The notes beneath the pieces were generated by a model. It was given only the letters and a program-made list of their open reading frames with translations. It was not told the origin of the DNA and searched no databases. The position numbers and the translations under genes are program-made. A stretch of 57,194 nt of DNA, filler included, from Sphacelaria rigidula (lineage: Eukaryota): assembly GCA_964200075.2 (NCBI GenBank). It is 8 parts of 8 records of this genome, joined end to end, with 100 filler letters (N's around TTAATTAATTAA, not from the genome) between each part and the next. Parts side by side here need not be neighbours in the genome. Positions count along the whole stretch, not along the records: positions 28,650 to 35,711 come from CAXNAA020016691.1; positions 35,812 to 42,872 come from CAXNAA020016692.1; positions 42,973 to 50,033 come from CAXNAA020016693.1; 5 more parts are not named here. One strand, written 5' to 3'. Position 1 is the first letter of the stretch; every line of letters starts with the position of its first letter. Shown here piece by piece: positions 34,832 through 46,698 of the stretch.

Positions 34832-35212
34832 CGCACTCCAGTTTGCCCTAATACATCGTTTGATGTCCTTGCAGGCTTAATGAGAGCGGTGCCTCTAGTG
34901 TGTTGTGAATTCAGGTGTGTCGTGAAGGAGAGCTGGGGCTTGATGTCAGTAGTGTAAACGTGTCCGATGATATGCTCCATGTAGTGGATTGAGCCTACGT
35001 CTGTGACCACGGGTTCAAGAGATCGGACTAATGTGTGGAAGTCGTGAGACTCCCGGTGACGGTAGAAACCGTCGAAGGTGGCCGATGGTTTTCCTCGGGT
35101 TACATAGTCAAGGATTGACCGGAAGTCGCGGGGTTGAGGCAAGTAGATCACTCGGGAAGCTTGACGAGCTCGAGCGAGTTGGCCCGAAGACGAAGTCTAA
35201 GAGTCTAAGTAA

Positions 35213-35613
35213 AAAGTGATCCCCAGGGATACCCAGCAGTTCGCTGGGAAAATCCCTGTTACCTCGGGGTCCCAGATCCGGCTGTACAGATATGAGAGTT
35301 TTGGGGCTCCTGCGAAAATAACCCCTGTAACAACCTTTCACTAGGTTACACGTCATGAAAAAAATTTCTCCACACATGCCCAAATGGCGATCTCCACATC
35401 ACCCCCCCCTTTGATGCGCCGCGAGGCCAAAGTGATCCCCAGGGATACCCAGCAGTTCGCTGGGAAGATCCCTGTTACCTTGGGATCCCAGATCCGGCTG
35501 TACAGATATGGGAGTTTCGAGGCTCCTGGGAAAATAACCCTTGTAGCAGCCGTTCACTATGTTACACGTCATAAAAGGAAATATCTCCGCACATGCCCAA
35601 ATGGCGATCTCCA
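35213..35613. repeat. Tandem duplication of a ~215-bp unit
   Basis: AAAGTGATCCCCAGGGATACCCAGCAGTTCGCTGGGAA...CACATGCCCAAATGGCGATCTCCACA at 35213-35398 and 35429-35614, with scattered substitutions. Confidence 0.9.
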
Positions 35614-35640
35614 CAAATGTGCGGAAATAAATAAAAAGGG

Positions 35641-35654
35641 TAGTAGTCGTAGTC

Positions 35655-35711
<57 letters not shown>
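35641..35711. repeat. (TAG)n microsatellite at contig end
   Basis: Directly visible. Confidence 0.95.
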
Positions 35712-35811
35712 NNNNNNNNNNNNNNNNNNNNNNNNNNNNNNNNNNNNNNNNNNNNTTAATTAATTAANNNNNNNNNNNNNNNNNNNNNNNNNNNNNNNNN
35801 NNNNNNNNNNN
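35712..35811. other. Artificial contig linker
   Basis: N-TTAATTAATTAA-N, 100 bp. Confidence 0.98.
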
Positions 35812-35873
<62 letters not shown>

Positions 35874-35880
35874 TATAATA
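35812..35880. repeat. (ATA)n microsatellite at contig start
   Basis: Directly visible. Confidence 0.95.
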
Positions 35881-36476
35881 CAATCCTAGGCTTCCCCAAC
35901 CCTAGAAGGCACGCTGAATTCCTCACCGAAGCTTAGCGTGGCAAAAGTTGACGCGTGGAGATATTATTTTCGGGTATCCGGAGTTTTCTGTTTTGTTGTG
36001 ATGGAAGGGCTGTGCGCGACGCACTCTCTTTCGTTGTCACTGCCATCCTTCCATGTTTTTTTGGGGGGGTTTGTGGCACAGGAGCTGGAGGTCCTCTGGG
36101 GCTGGCTGTGGTGGTTGTTGGTACATAACGTCTTGGTGTCTTCGTGGTGAGCATGTCTTGGGGTGTTCCTGTCATGACACGCAGCTTAATTTGCCCGAGC
36201 TCCAGTCGAGATTTCACACAAGAGCCGCACACCCAAAAATACGCCGAAAAAATCACCATGAACAGCCATAATCTGTAGTGGTAAATCCCCTTAGCATCAT
36301 ATGTTTGTCCATTAGTTCCAACAATGAATGGAGTAAGAATAGGCATACACCACGTAGTATACAGTATACATACAGCACACGCGACGCGACCATTCGTTAA
36401 AAGCACAGAAAAAGGATAACACTCGTGTACTGTAGCCACGACAGCTCAGTGACACTTGCGTGTAAACCCAACGCAT

Positions 36477-39400
36477 CTAGGTTAGTCGTCCTGTGACAAT
36501 ACATCGCACAGTCTCCGCCTGCTCGCGGAAGAAGCGCTTCTGCATTGAGCGAACAAACGGGAACACAAAGGCCCCAATAATCCCGCTGCCCCTGGAAACG
36601 GAGTAGACTTCAAACCACACGGAGTCATCGCCGCCTCTGCCTCGAAACCAGACGACACGCATCCGCTCTTCGCCCTTGATAAAAAACGAAGAAAGGAGGC
36701 CAAGTGCACGTGTGCGTCCAGCACAAAGCCAGCGGAGGGGGGGGCGCAGGGTGACGGTGTTGAGCTGCTGGAAGTCAAGGGCACAATCTGGGGGTGCTTA
36801 GTGTGGCACCGAGAGGTCTTGAAACGGAAATCTACGATTTACCGTTGTCGATCTAAATGAATGTTCCTACACAATGGTTGACAGGGATGACTACTTGATC
36901 TTAGACCGAAGAAAGTTCTGAGAAAGTTTATGGTTTGGGGCAGGTGAGCAGTGGAGCCAGCTCGTCCAGAACGTGTTTTTGTCGAAATCGGCGCCTGCGG
37001 CGTCGATTTGAGGTCTGCCAACGCACACTTTGCCTGGGGAAACCCGTGCGCCCCCCTTGCGCGAGGGTCTCGTACGCCTTGGGTCGGGGTTAGGGTCAGC
37101 GTTTGTGTTACTGTTAGTTTGTAAAAGTCCATAATATTTCCCATCAACCATTGTTTACGAACATTTCTTCAGGTCCCTTCGCTTTTACCGGGTTTCGTGG
37201 ACTGTGTTGAGGACGGGAATGTTCTCAGGACGAAAGCTGTTCATACCCACGCCCGATAAGAGTCGTTGTTGCAATGTTCTAGGTGTCTTTCCCTCAATAC
37301 GCTGCACAAGAACTAGATGTCGGGGGTAAGCATCAACAACATGGTGCATGATGGATAGAAAAAAATCGTCGTAGCAGAGGATAGACCGCACGCGCAGGTT
37401 TCCTGGAAAATTCCGCCTCTGTGGTCAGGAGGCGGTGATGCCTGAACGACGTTATGTTTTGCTTCATGAAACGCGAGGGACGATGCTCTGCTCCTACTAT
37501 TCCCGGTCTCGCTTTCTCCAAGTGGCGTCGAACGGGTTCGACGAGAAATGGGCCAGAAGTTACCACAAGCAACAAATTCCATTACCATAACGATGAACGA
37601 CCAACGCAGCAGGGAACGTGTCATAAAACCGACGCAATCTTACACACTTGAATAAGATGTCCTTCTTTCGTGGCGTACGCCACGGCCGATTGCACGCCCT
37701 TGCTTCCTCCCCCATCCCGAAAAGACGCCCATGCTGGGGCATCCTTCGGCGAGCCGCCCGCCCACAATCGCGTTGAGATGCCAGAAGGATCGTTGCGGGC
37801 AGCTGTGATGCGGGTGTTTTCTAATGGGAGAAACGTCGTTTGATGTTTTTCCCAGGGTTGACACGGATTTGTTCCCGGTGGAACGGAGAAGGTGAGGGTT
37901 TTGTCATTTCGCTCGTAGAGGACTTGGCAAGGATTGATGCACCAAGCAAGTCCCGCGCATGCCTTGGCCACTGTTGCCATCTGAACCTGCACAACAAACA
38001 GTCAGCCAACAAGGTGGGTATGATGAGCCATTTGCACGCGACAAATTCAGGGGATATTTACTGCGAGAGGATGAGACTGGTATACACAAGATCAAACAAG
38101 AGAACAGTCGAAAATATGGGCATTGGTCTCTCACATGAACCCGTTCGAGTTGGCGGAAGTTTGTCATCTCGGGCTAGAGAGCACTACGCCTTCCCCATTG
38201 TTTTGTGGAGTTATTATTATCATTATAATTACACTTATAATAAATGTCCGCCACATTAGCTCGATCTCTCGAACCCGTGGTCACAGAGTGCAAGGAGAAT
38301 ACCACCCGTACCCAGAAGAAGGCACGAAACAAAACATCTACACCAAAAAGGGCACCTACACTACGATAGACCCGTATAAGACCAATTGAACAATAGGAGA
38401 CCTACTGGAATCTAAAAAGTCCCCGCGTGCGGTCTCTCCGAAAACTCTGCAAGGTACTGGTGTATACACAGAGTAGTAACCGCGAGTGAGCCGATAACCG
38501 AAACTGTCGCGTAATACAGAGACCAATCCCAAAATAGATCTACGGTCGAGTGTTGTTCACAGAGATCCTCTACGGAAGCTGCGCACCGAAAACTGAATAA
38601 CGTCAGATAGGAAGATTAAAAAAAGTCAAGAACAACAAAAGGAAGAGCCGATGGCAACAAGGAGGGAAAGCCAGGAACTACGATCTTCCTCGGGCCCTGG
38701 TCAAGTAGCATCGTTACGGAAACACAGCAGACAGGGCGTGCCTATCCTACACACGGCATAGCGTACTGAAGCCCAATCCTGTGTGTCTCGCATAGCAAAG
38801 CTACTGGATATCAAGTATAACGTACTGTTGAACACTGCCAAAACTCAACCCCATGAGCATGAGGCTCACCAAGACGACGAAGCGAAAATATTACACGCCG
38901 GTAGAGTCTGGTGCAGTCTGATATAATGTCAGAAATACGTGGACGGCGTTCGTTGCCGCTACTCTTGAGAACACGTCGAAACTTGGACGAACATTAGGGG
39001 CTGTTTTACATTGCGCGAAATCCACGTCGACTGGCACCTGCGAATCCGACCACCACTTCAGTCTGCGCCCTAGCACAATCCTCGCCCAAGAAGACCCATC
39101 ATGCATGCGCCACTGCAAGAGCACATCTCTCCCCTTTGTATATATTGTCCTGCCTTCTCCAAGTCGCACTCTATCTGCGCCGAAAATCACCCGGACAAGG
39201 ACGAGCACAAGAGCGGTGTAATGAAGGAGTTTGGATTGTGCGTACGGGATGCACACGTTGTTGACTAGGGGGCGACGTAGTGGGGGCATGCTCATGGCTA
39301 CTACAGCCAGGATACGGTACGGCGCCCCCGTAATTGTTTGGTGTTTTGCTGGCATATACCCTTTTTTATCGTCACTCTGGAAACGATCGTCTCTTCAGCG

Positions 39401-39928
39401 TGGTTAGCAATCCGGTCTCTATCTCTTGCCTCAAGCGAACTTGACTTCAGGTATCCGCTAATCCATTATAGGACCACGCACGCATCCTATTATCTACATT
39501 GCAGTCGTGACCCTATGCAAGTGGGCACCTCCCTGTGACTGTACTTACAGGCAGACCCTGATGTATGATTTGGACAGACACCGTGCCTGCATATGCGATT
39601 CATATATCTGAAGGGGTAAACACACGCGAGGTGCCCGTCTGGATACCTAGCTGGAGACACAAGAGGTTAAACTGTGCTCTGCTCCATAAATCTACAATGT
39701 CCACACCAGACGGATAACCCCGGGTGAGCCCTCTACTACCCGGTATTTGTTTATTACCTTACAGTTCTTTCACTGAATCCTGGCGGAGGGGGTGGGGGGG
39801 CAGCACTTGTTCCGACAACAGGATCTGTGAAGCCCGCGAAGTCGTGATTGAATGGTGTTTTTTGCTGCTGTTGCCTGTCCAGGAAGTTTCGCACGTACGA
39901 CGGGCTTGGCTCTCTCAAGAAGGTTACC
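36477..39928 (-). CDS. DUF1990 (UPF0548) family protein, nearly complete
   Basis: Exons 39928-39758 (VTFLREPSPSYVRNFLDRQQQQKTPFNHDFAGFT...PPGFSERTV), 39170-39038 (VRLGEGRTIYTKGRDVLLQWRMHDGSSWARI...SQ), 37986-37648 (VQMATVAK...WCINPCQVLYE...AVAYATKEGHLIQ), 36674-36477 (GEERMRVVW...DDSVWFEVYSVSRG...PFVRSMQKRFF...RLT*). These match the DUF1990 pattern LGxG..W / NPC.V.Y / YxT..GH...GEERF / SVW.E..S.SR. Start codon uncertain (possible micro-exon ATGTGCCGCAG at ~40019-40009). Confidence 0.88.
38212..38310 (-). mobile_element. LINE-type 3' end with (TAA)-rich tail in DUF1990 intron
   Basis: Reverse strand CTCCTTGCACTCTGTGACCACGGGTTCGAGAGATCGAGCTAATGTGGCGGACATTTATTATAA...ATAATAATAA; related copies at 18950-18997 (-), 35001-35040 (+), 56700-56748 (+). 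Confidence 0.6.
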
Positions 39929-40509
39929 CTGACGAAGGTTTGAGGAGCAAGTGCACACGGAACAGTCAGATGTGCGACAAAACGCTGTTAATGTAAGAGC
40001 AGAATCACCTGCGGCACATAAGCACGACGGAAACAGCGCAGTATGGTGCTAGTGGAAGTAATATACTTGGGGTACGACGTCACTGGAGCTATCTACTGGG
40101 ACCAATGTCCATCAATCTGTCGACAGTGAACTTTGGCAGCACCAGTATACCAACACATCTTCTACGCCCCGGTGGTATAATAGTAGACCGGAAACTCATG
40201 CGGTTGGAGAGGCGGGGGCTTCCATCGCCGGCAGATGCGTTTTGGTTTATTCTGAAAGGGCTTCGTATCTGATTGCCGTCGTTGAAAACATGTGTTGAAA
40301 ACGTGAGGATATGAATAGCAAAAAGATCTTGTACTGAAGTATGACGAGAGTCGATGCGGTGCTGGAGTGCTGATTGATAATCATGATCCGATCCGCGATA
40401 TAAAAAAGTAAGGCGGGTACGAGGGAAGGCATGTTGATCCTTTGAAACCACAACCTCGTCCCGGGGAAGGGCAGGTGTTGGAAGTGCGCCATTTCTTCCC
40501 CCAACAATG

Positions 40510-42795
40510 CAACACATGCTACAGACACCAAAAGAGAGGGTGGAGTGGAGTCTCGCGGGCTGGAAAGTAGAGAACGAGTAGTGTGTTGAGGACGAGGACG
40601 GAAAACTACTCCGGGACAAATGTCCAATTTGCGAGAGATGGGAACGATGCTTCTCCACCTTGCTGAATGCCGCATCCGCAACTGTCCACTGAGCCGTCAT
40701 CGAAAACATTGCGCAACGACCGACAGGGTTGTCACCTCGAGACGTGCCGAACCCAACTGAAACTGAGGATGTCTTGAGAGCTAGCTATCGCTAACGGCAA
40801 GGCGACGGGCCCGGATGGTCTACCTGCTGAACTCCTCAAACTTGGGTTGGTCGGAAGGCTCTTGGAAATTCTGTACCACGTCCACAGTACCAGCGCCGCG
40901 GTCTGGACAACTTGTGAGGTGTCACAGGAGCGGAAAGGCACACAGTGCTACGCAAGAAGGATAGAGCCGAGTGTGGTGACTACAGAGGCAACTCGCTCGT
41001 GGTGTATGCTGGTAAAAGATCTCCTCAAAATCGTAGCCAGCAGGCTCGGCAGCATTTGCGAGAAGGCAGGAGTTTTCCAGGGAGAACAGTACGGATTCCG
41101 GCGCCAACGATCGACCACCGAGATGATCTTTGTGATACACCGACTGCAAGAGTTAGAACGGGTGAGTAATGCCGCACTCCACGTGTGCTTCATCAACCTC
41201 CAAAATGCCTACGACGCAGCACACCGCACGCTCCTGTGGCAAGTATTCGCCCGACATGGAGTCCCACCGTGGATGGTCAAGCATATCTGTATGTTTTACG
41301 GTGACATGCGAGCTCGGGTACAGCTGGATGATGACGAAGTATCGGCGTGGCTTCATGTCTATCAGGAACTCAGGCAAGGATGCGTTTAGTCCTCGCCAGT
41401 GTTCAACATCTTTGACGCAGCCTTCGTCAACGTCATCGTACAGCGGTGCAGCAGAAGCAGCCATCGTCTCAGACTCGGTATTTCTAGACGAGGCGCCAAA
41501 AGGTGACGATGGTGAACCCCTGAAAGAGACGCCGCTGGAGAAGGTGAGGCGCGCGTTGTGGGGAATGCTATATGCGGATGACGGAGGTATAGTCTCGAGG
41601 TCCACAGATGGGCTTGATAGAATGACGGCAGTGGTAATGGTGGCCCGTCAGGAGTTCCGGTTAACGTGCCTGCGGTCAGTACCCAGCTCCGCAGAGACTG
41701 CATTGCAAGGCGGCAGGCCAACGGCATCAGCTATCTTGGTGCCGTCAGCGCTTATGCGAATATATCAATTGAAATCAACCGCCGCATCAGCGCTGCGCGG
41801 GAAAGCCCCCGAATTTTTTTCTTCCAACTCTATGATCGACCTAATGCTCACTCTGGAAATCCGGTTGCTAAAGCGGACGTGGTGGAAGAGGTGGTGGAGG
41901 CTGTGTCGTACGGATGTGCTACATCAACGATGCATTTCGAGGATTTCGAAAGTCTGCGCGTTGTCCACCACACCCTTTTGCTACGAGTGGTCGGATTCCG
42001 CAGGAAAGGGGGAACTGGCTACGAGACTCTTGCGTGCAAAATTTTGTTCGAGATGGCCAACTGCGGACGTATCCCGACGACAATCCGAAAGAGAAACACG
42101 TGGAAATGGTTCGTCTACGGAGTGGAGGTCAAAGGCGCACACGATTTGGTCACTGCGGCGAAGAACATGATCAAATGGCATCTCCGAGTCGAGAAAGGGG
42201 CGGGCGGATAAGATAAACTCAAATTGAACCCTTGCCACAAGCCAGAGGCTGCCTGCTGCATCGAGAGCTGTCAATCGGAGAGCTGCCACCGCTGACGGCA
42301 ACAGCAACAACTCAACTCGCGAGAAATCCAGGATTGAAATGATCGAGAGAATCCCGCCTTGTACCCGACCAGGGATGAATGGGGGAACCTGGATTAACAC
42401 GGAAACTAATGTACCCCTGTCCTCTCTTATGGATTGATGACTTTTTCTTCGGCACGTGGTCTTTCGATGTTCCCTTGTGCTTTTGCACATGCTCCACTGT
42501 GTCCTTGAGTTCCATCGCTTCCTTAGATGCCTGCTTCTCTGTTCTCTTCCTTTTTTTTCTCTCTCCATCTCTCGCCATTTCTTTCCTCCTAGTGTCAACA
42601 ATGAGTGTCAACGGTAGCCCTTTGGTGCCTTGCTTCCGCAGGGCCCATGGGTCAGAGCTCATGCTCAGCTAATGTTCCGAAAAAGCTCAAGCACAAATCG
42701 CTTTCACGCCCCTTTCGCTCACGGTCCTTTTTCACTTGGAGCCATGCTGCAGGGGTCGAACATTTCAAGCTATTTATTTATTTATTTATTCATTT
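40510..42795 (+). mobile_element. Degenerate, 5'-truncated non-LTR retrotransposon (RTE-like LINE) reverse transcriptase plus 3' UTR
   Basis: Frameshifted RT motifs DEDGKLLRD..ERW, GKATGPDGLPAELLK, KKDRAECGDYRG.SL, EQYGFRRQRSTTEMIF, CFINLQNAYD, LRQGCV, MLYADD (41566-41583). The 3' end carries CCCATGGG-hairpin-AGCTAATGT (42643-42676) and a (TATT)n tail at ~42771-42790. Confidence 0.88.
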
Positions 42796-42872
42796 TACTG
42801 TATTATACGAGCTGGGCCAGCCCAGAAACGGATTTAACCTGGCAGAGCAATATCTCATCACCGGAAACGAAT

Positions 42873-42972
42873 NNNNNNNNNNNNNNNNNNNNNNNNNNNN
42901 NNNNNNNNNNNNNNNNTTAATTAATTAANNNNNNNNNNNNNNNNNNNNNNNNNNNNNNNNNNNNNNNNNNNN
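42873..42972. other. Artificial contig linker
   Basis: N-TTAATTAATTAA-N, 100 bp. Confidence 0.98.
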
Positions 42973-45000
42973 TCCAAAAAGATATTTTTCCGGGTTTTTA
43001 TTTTTGTCTATTATAGGAAGCGGCCTAAGATATTTTTCTCGTCTCCGTTTTAAATCATGGCGGGCAAAACCTACGTTGAACTTCGGGCAGACTGTATTTG
43101 GAGCGGGACAGATTCGCTTGGTAACTTACCAATCAGATCGCTTCATTTAGCTTGATATTCGCCAGGGGAGTAGTCTGAAACCAAGTGTTCGTGTTCGTGC
43201 TCCAGGGGAGTACTCTAAAACCAAGTGTTCTTCGTGCGGTCTAACTCGTAACGCGTTTCAGCCCAATACAGGGTCGTAGATAATACAGTATTGTACACTG
43301 AACACAATACAGTAGTACGGTAAAGTACAGCCGCCCAACGCACGGCACCAGCTGGAGTATCGCAGCAACGGACAGCGCGTTGTTCGTCTTACCGAAGACG
43401 AAACAGTCAACACGCTCATGAAGCTTCCAACAGTGTGCAGCCAGCACTGCGTGCCGAGTAACATTGTTTTCTGCAGAGACGAACACAACGACAGTATTCG
43501 CAATTCATGCAATCCAAACCGTGTTCGCAATGCGTGAACACACCACAGTGGAAGCTCCGACTCATGAGAGGGGGCTTGAGTGTTTCTGCTGCGGTACAGA
43601 AGAGAAACAGGACATGTCCCATGTTTTAGTCCTCCGTCTGATTGTGGAGAGGTATTCAATCTTGGGCCAGTGCCGAGTTTGAACACTCGGCCATAGTCGC
43701 GCTTCTTTCAATTCACTTTGGGCTACCCTAATCTGTGTGTGGGAGGTTTGGCTGGAGATGCGGGCTTCGCCCGCCAACTTCATTGAGCAGATTCTGTCCC
43801 GGTACATCTTCAGTCTGCCGAACTTTAACGGTAGAGCTTTTAGAAGTTATTTGTTCTCATGTCTCCCATAAGATTTATTGTTGTAGCAAGAGTCATTATC
43901 AACGATTCTTTTTGTCTTCGTATTTTTCAGTTTTTTTCGGGAAAGTGGATATTATTTCCACAGTTTTTCGAAAATGAAGCGCGGAATTTTTCTCGTTCCG
44001 TGAATTTCTAGGAAAAAATCTGAATTGATTTGCGATTTTTCAAGGAAACCAGGCAAAACAAGTTGCTCCCAATTTTGGGCTATTGTGCAGTGTGCTTTCC
44101 GTGTTGCTTGACTGTGCACAAGCGTTCGTGAGTGCGTAGCGAGTGGCACTTGAAGCCCTGGCGGGAGTAGAAAGTGGTGCTGATATGCTTTATTTGCCCC
44201 AGCACGCCGGCTAAGGACAGTATACCACGAGGTCAGTGCACACCCCGGGAAGTAGAATACAGAAATATAAGGTGTAGTGCGTGCAGTATGGAAGCGTCGA
44301 TTTTTGATCTGGTTATATACGCAGTACACTTTTCACGGGTGCAAGTAGTTGTCGAGGGTCAACAAGGCTAAACAACGGCTGCTGTTGCTGTTGTTGTCAA
44401 GGCCGTTACCTCAGGAGTTGCTCAAGCCAAAAACGTGGCCGCCAACATGGTCTGTAGTCGCACATGTCTAGAAGCGCTTTGTGGGTTCAGAACCAAGCGT
44501 TGTTTTGTTGACAGACTCTGGCTGCACGTGTATGCGTGTAGATTGTACGGAAGCCGTTACACACTGTACATGCACCGAAGCACCATCTGCAAGGGCCGGC
44601 CGCGAACTGACTGCATCAAGAACATGCACAGGCGCACACACCAAGATATGCACACGCACACACGCATAGGCCCAGTGCATCAACAGCCACAGCAGCCGTG
44701 GCAGTACTTGCCGCCTTCGTCTGTAGTCTCATGTCTATATCGGCGTACTGAGGGTCTAAAACCGACCGCTGTTGCTGTCTTGAGAAGTTTTTGCGTATGC
44801 AGTAGCGGTTGTGAAAAACGGGGTTGGGATTTTGATATATATAAATGAAGATCTCCAGGCTGGGCACTGCCTTGAGCTTCAGGGAGTTGACTCATTCCTT
44901 TGTCTGTCCCAGCCAGAGACATCAAGGCTACTCGCAGAGAAGAAAGTCAAACTCAGCTGGCTTTCTGGTTTCTGGTCAAGGAGTGGATCCTGGATGCCGC

Positions 45001-45032
<32 letters not shown>

Positions 45033-45424
45033 GTCAGTGCTCCGCTTGCATATACGGGTGACTAGACCAATTAGAGGTATTCTGGACAGTGTTGTTGTCA
45101 TCTACCACGCTATTCTGACGGTTCTGCTGTCTAGAGAGTGTCTAGAGGCGTTGCGCTATCCGGCGAGCGTTTGCCTTTGCTCGACAAGCATTGCAATATT
45201 CCTAAAAAGCAGAGATTCAAACTTGATGTATTCTCTGAACCCGATCAGAAACATGCCCTTGTCGTTTTCGGAGAAGAAGCGCCGAAAGTGTCCCTACGGT
45301 TCGTCTGAAAAACAGAAAGCGTTAACCCTTAGACCGCGAGGGTAGTCTTCCTGGACCACGGATACGTTTTTCAAGTTTAATTGATGCCGATTCCACACAT
45401 GACCTACTCTCGCTGTCTAGGGGT

Positions 45425-45570
45425 TAATAACGGACGGCCCTTAGGCCCATGATGATCGGCAATGTTTTTCGGAGATTTCCGAAAATTTCGGTACTGGCAC
45501 GCTACCTGATGGCTCTCGAATGCTTGCGAGCGCCATGGCCTACGGACAGGGAACCTCTCCGAAGTGCGGC
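45425..45570 (+). pseudogene. Possible hAT transposase C-terminal dimerisation-domain relic
   Basis: Frameshifted reading DGP/PLGP**...RRFPKISVLARYLMALE resembles the hAT 'PL.WW....FP.L..LAR.YL' motif; short and degenerate. Confidence 0.3.
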
Positions 45571-46636
45571 GGCGCAGTCCGAGTTTTTCAAACTGCTCCC
45601 AAAATGAAGCTTCGGAGAAAAAGTGAAGCCGCTTCGTTCTCGGGGAAGTCTGAACGCGGAGTCCGGGACGTCCGAAACACTCTGGGATCTACGATCAAAA
45701 CGGAATCGATAGTAATCGGCCTGACTACTGTCTTGTGCGTACCCACTCCTTGCATCTGTTATTTGTGCGAAAAGTAAAATCAAGATATGAAAGTGGGGAC
45801 GTCGCTGCCCTGGCTGATGTTGTACTCGGAAAGCCGTGCGGCTGCAGCTGCAGGTATCTTGAACCACTATTGTCTAATTGGTTTGCAGATGATTCTAATA
45901 GGTTGGTCGGTCCGAATGTTGAGAAGAGGCAACAGTGGACTGCATGTCCAGGGTTAAGGACACATTGGGTACGTTTGGTCAGCTGCTTGAGCCGCTGATG
46001 CAGAGATTAGCACATGTGAACCGTAGCAATGCAGCAGGAGCAGAGAGGGAGTACGCAGGCAGGCGGCAAAATCAACAGCAGCGGCCGAGGGTGGAAACGG
46101 GGTGCAGTAGCAACACAACAGCCAGTCGCAGGGAGACTTGACGCAGCCGGCAATATGTGAGAAGCAGACAAGCCCAACCAAGCCTGAGCGGGCCTTGTCT
46201 GCTTCCCACATTTTGCTGTTGTCCGGCTGCATCCAACCTCCCTGCCGCTAGCTGTTGTTTTGCGGTGGACACGCGATTTGCTGTCGTCTACTCCCCACCC
46301 TCGCACGCTTGGTCCGGAGACTATTGTGTGGTCTCCCTGCGGGATGCCATGTCTTGGAGATTGAACACTACCGGTAGCGATACCGGTATACTGGTTGATG
46401 CAGCTACCGGGAGAAGGCGTTGATCAAATTTTTATAAGTAGCAGAGCTTGTGGTCGGTGCAGCTGAACAGAGTGGACTAGGTGGGGTTGCCCACTCGCGA
46501 CTCTACTTCACCACAAGCGCGTATGTTTTAACATGCCAAACGCGGTGAAAAACGCTCACACGTGGTGTGCCTACTCAAAGCGCCACACGTCAAGCACGTT
46601 ACCACACTATCGTAGATTCTCCAGTTCTCACGAATA

Positions 46637-46638
<2 letters not shown>

Positions 46639-46682
<44 letters not shown>

Positions 46683-46698
46683 GCACGCACGCACGCAC
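46639..46698. repeat. (CA)n/(CGCA)n microsatellite
   Basis: Directly visible. Confidence 0.95.

Noticed and set aside
38240..38320. Complete HDV-like ribozyme
   Set aside because: A P4-like hairpin and CTAAT are present, but P1/P2/P3 pairings could not be built consistently; the 3'-terminal position fits an RT-recognition stem-loop better
40089..40709. 206-aa minus-strand ORF as DUF1990 first exon or separate gene
   Set aside because: Partly antisense to the degenerate LINE RT; no motif and no suitable phase-2 donor
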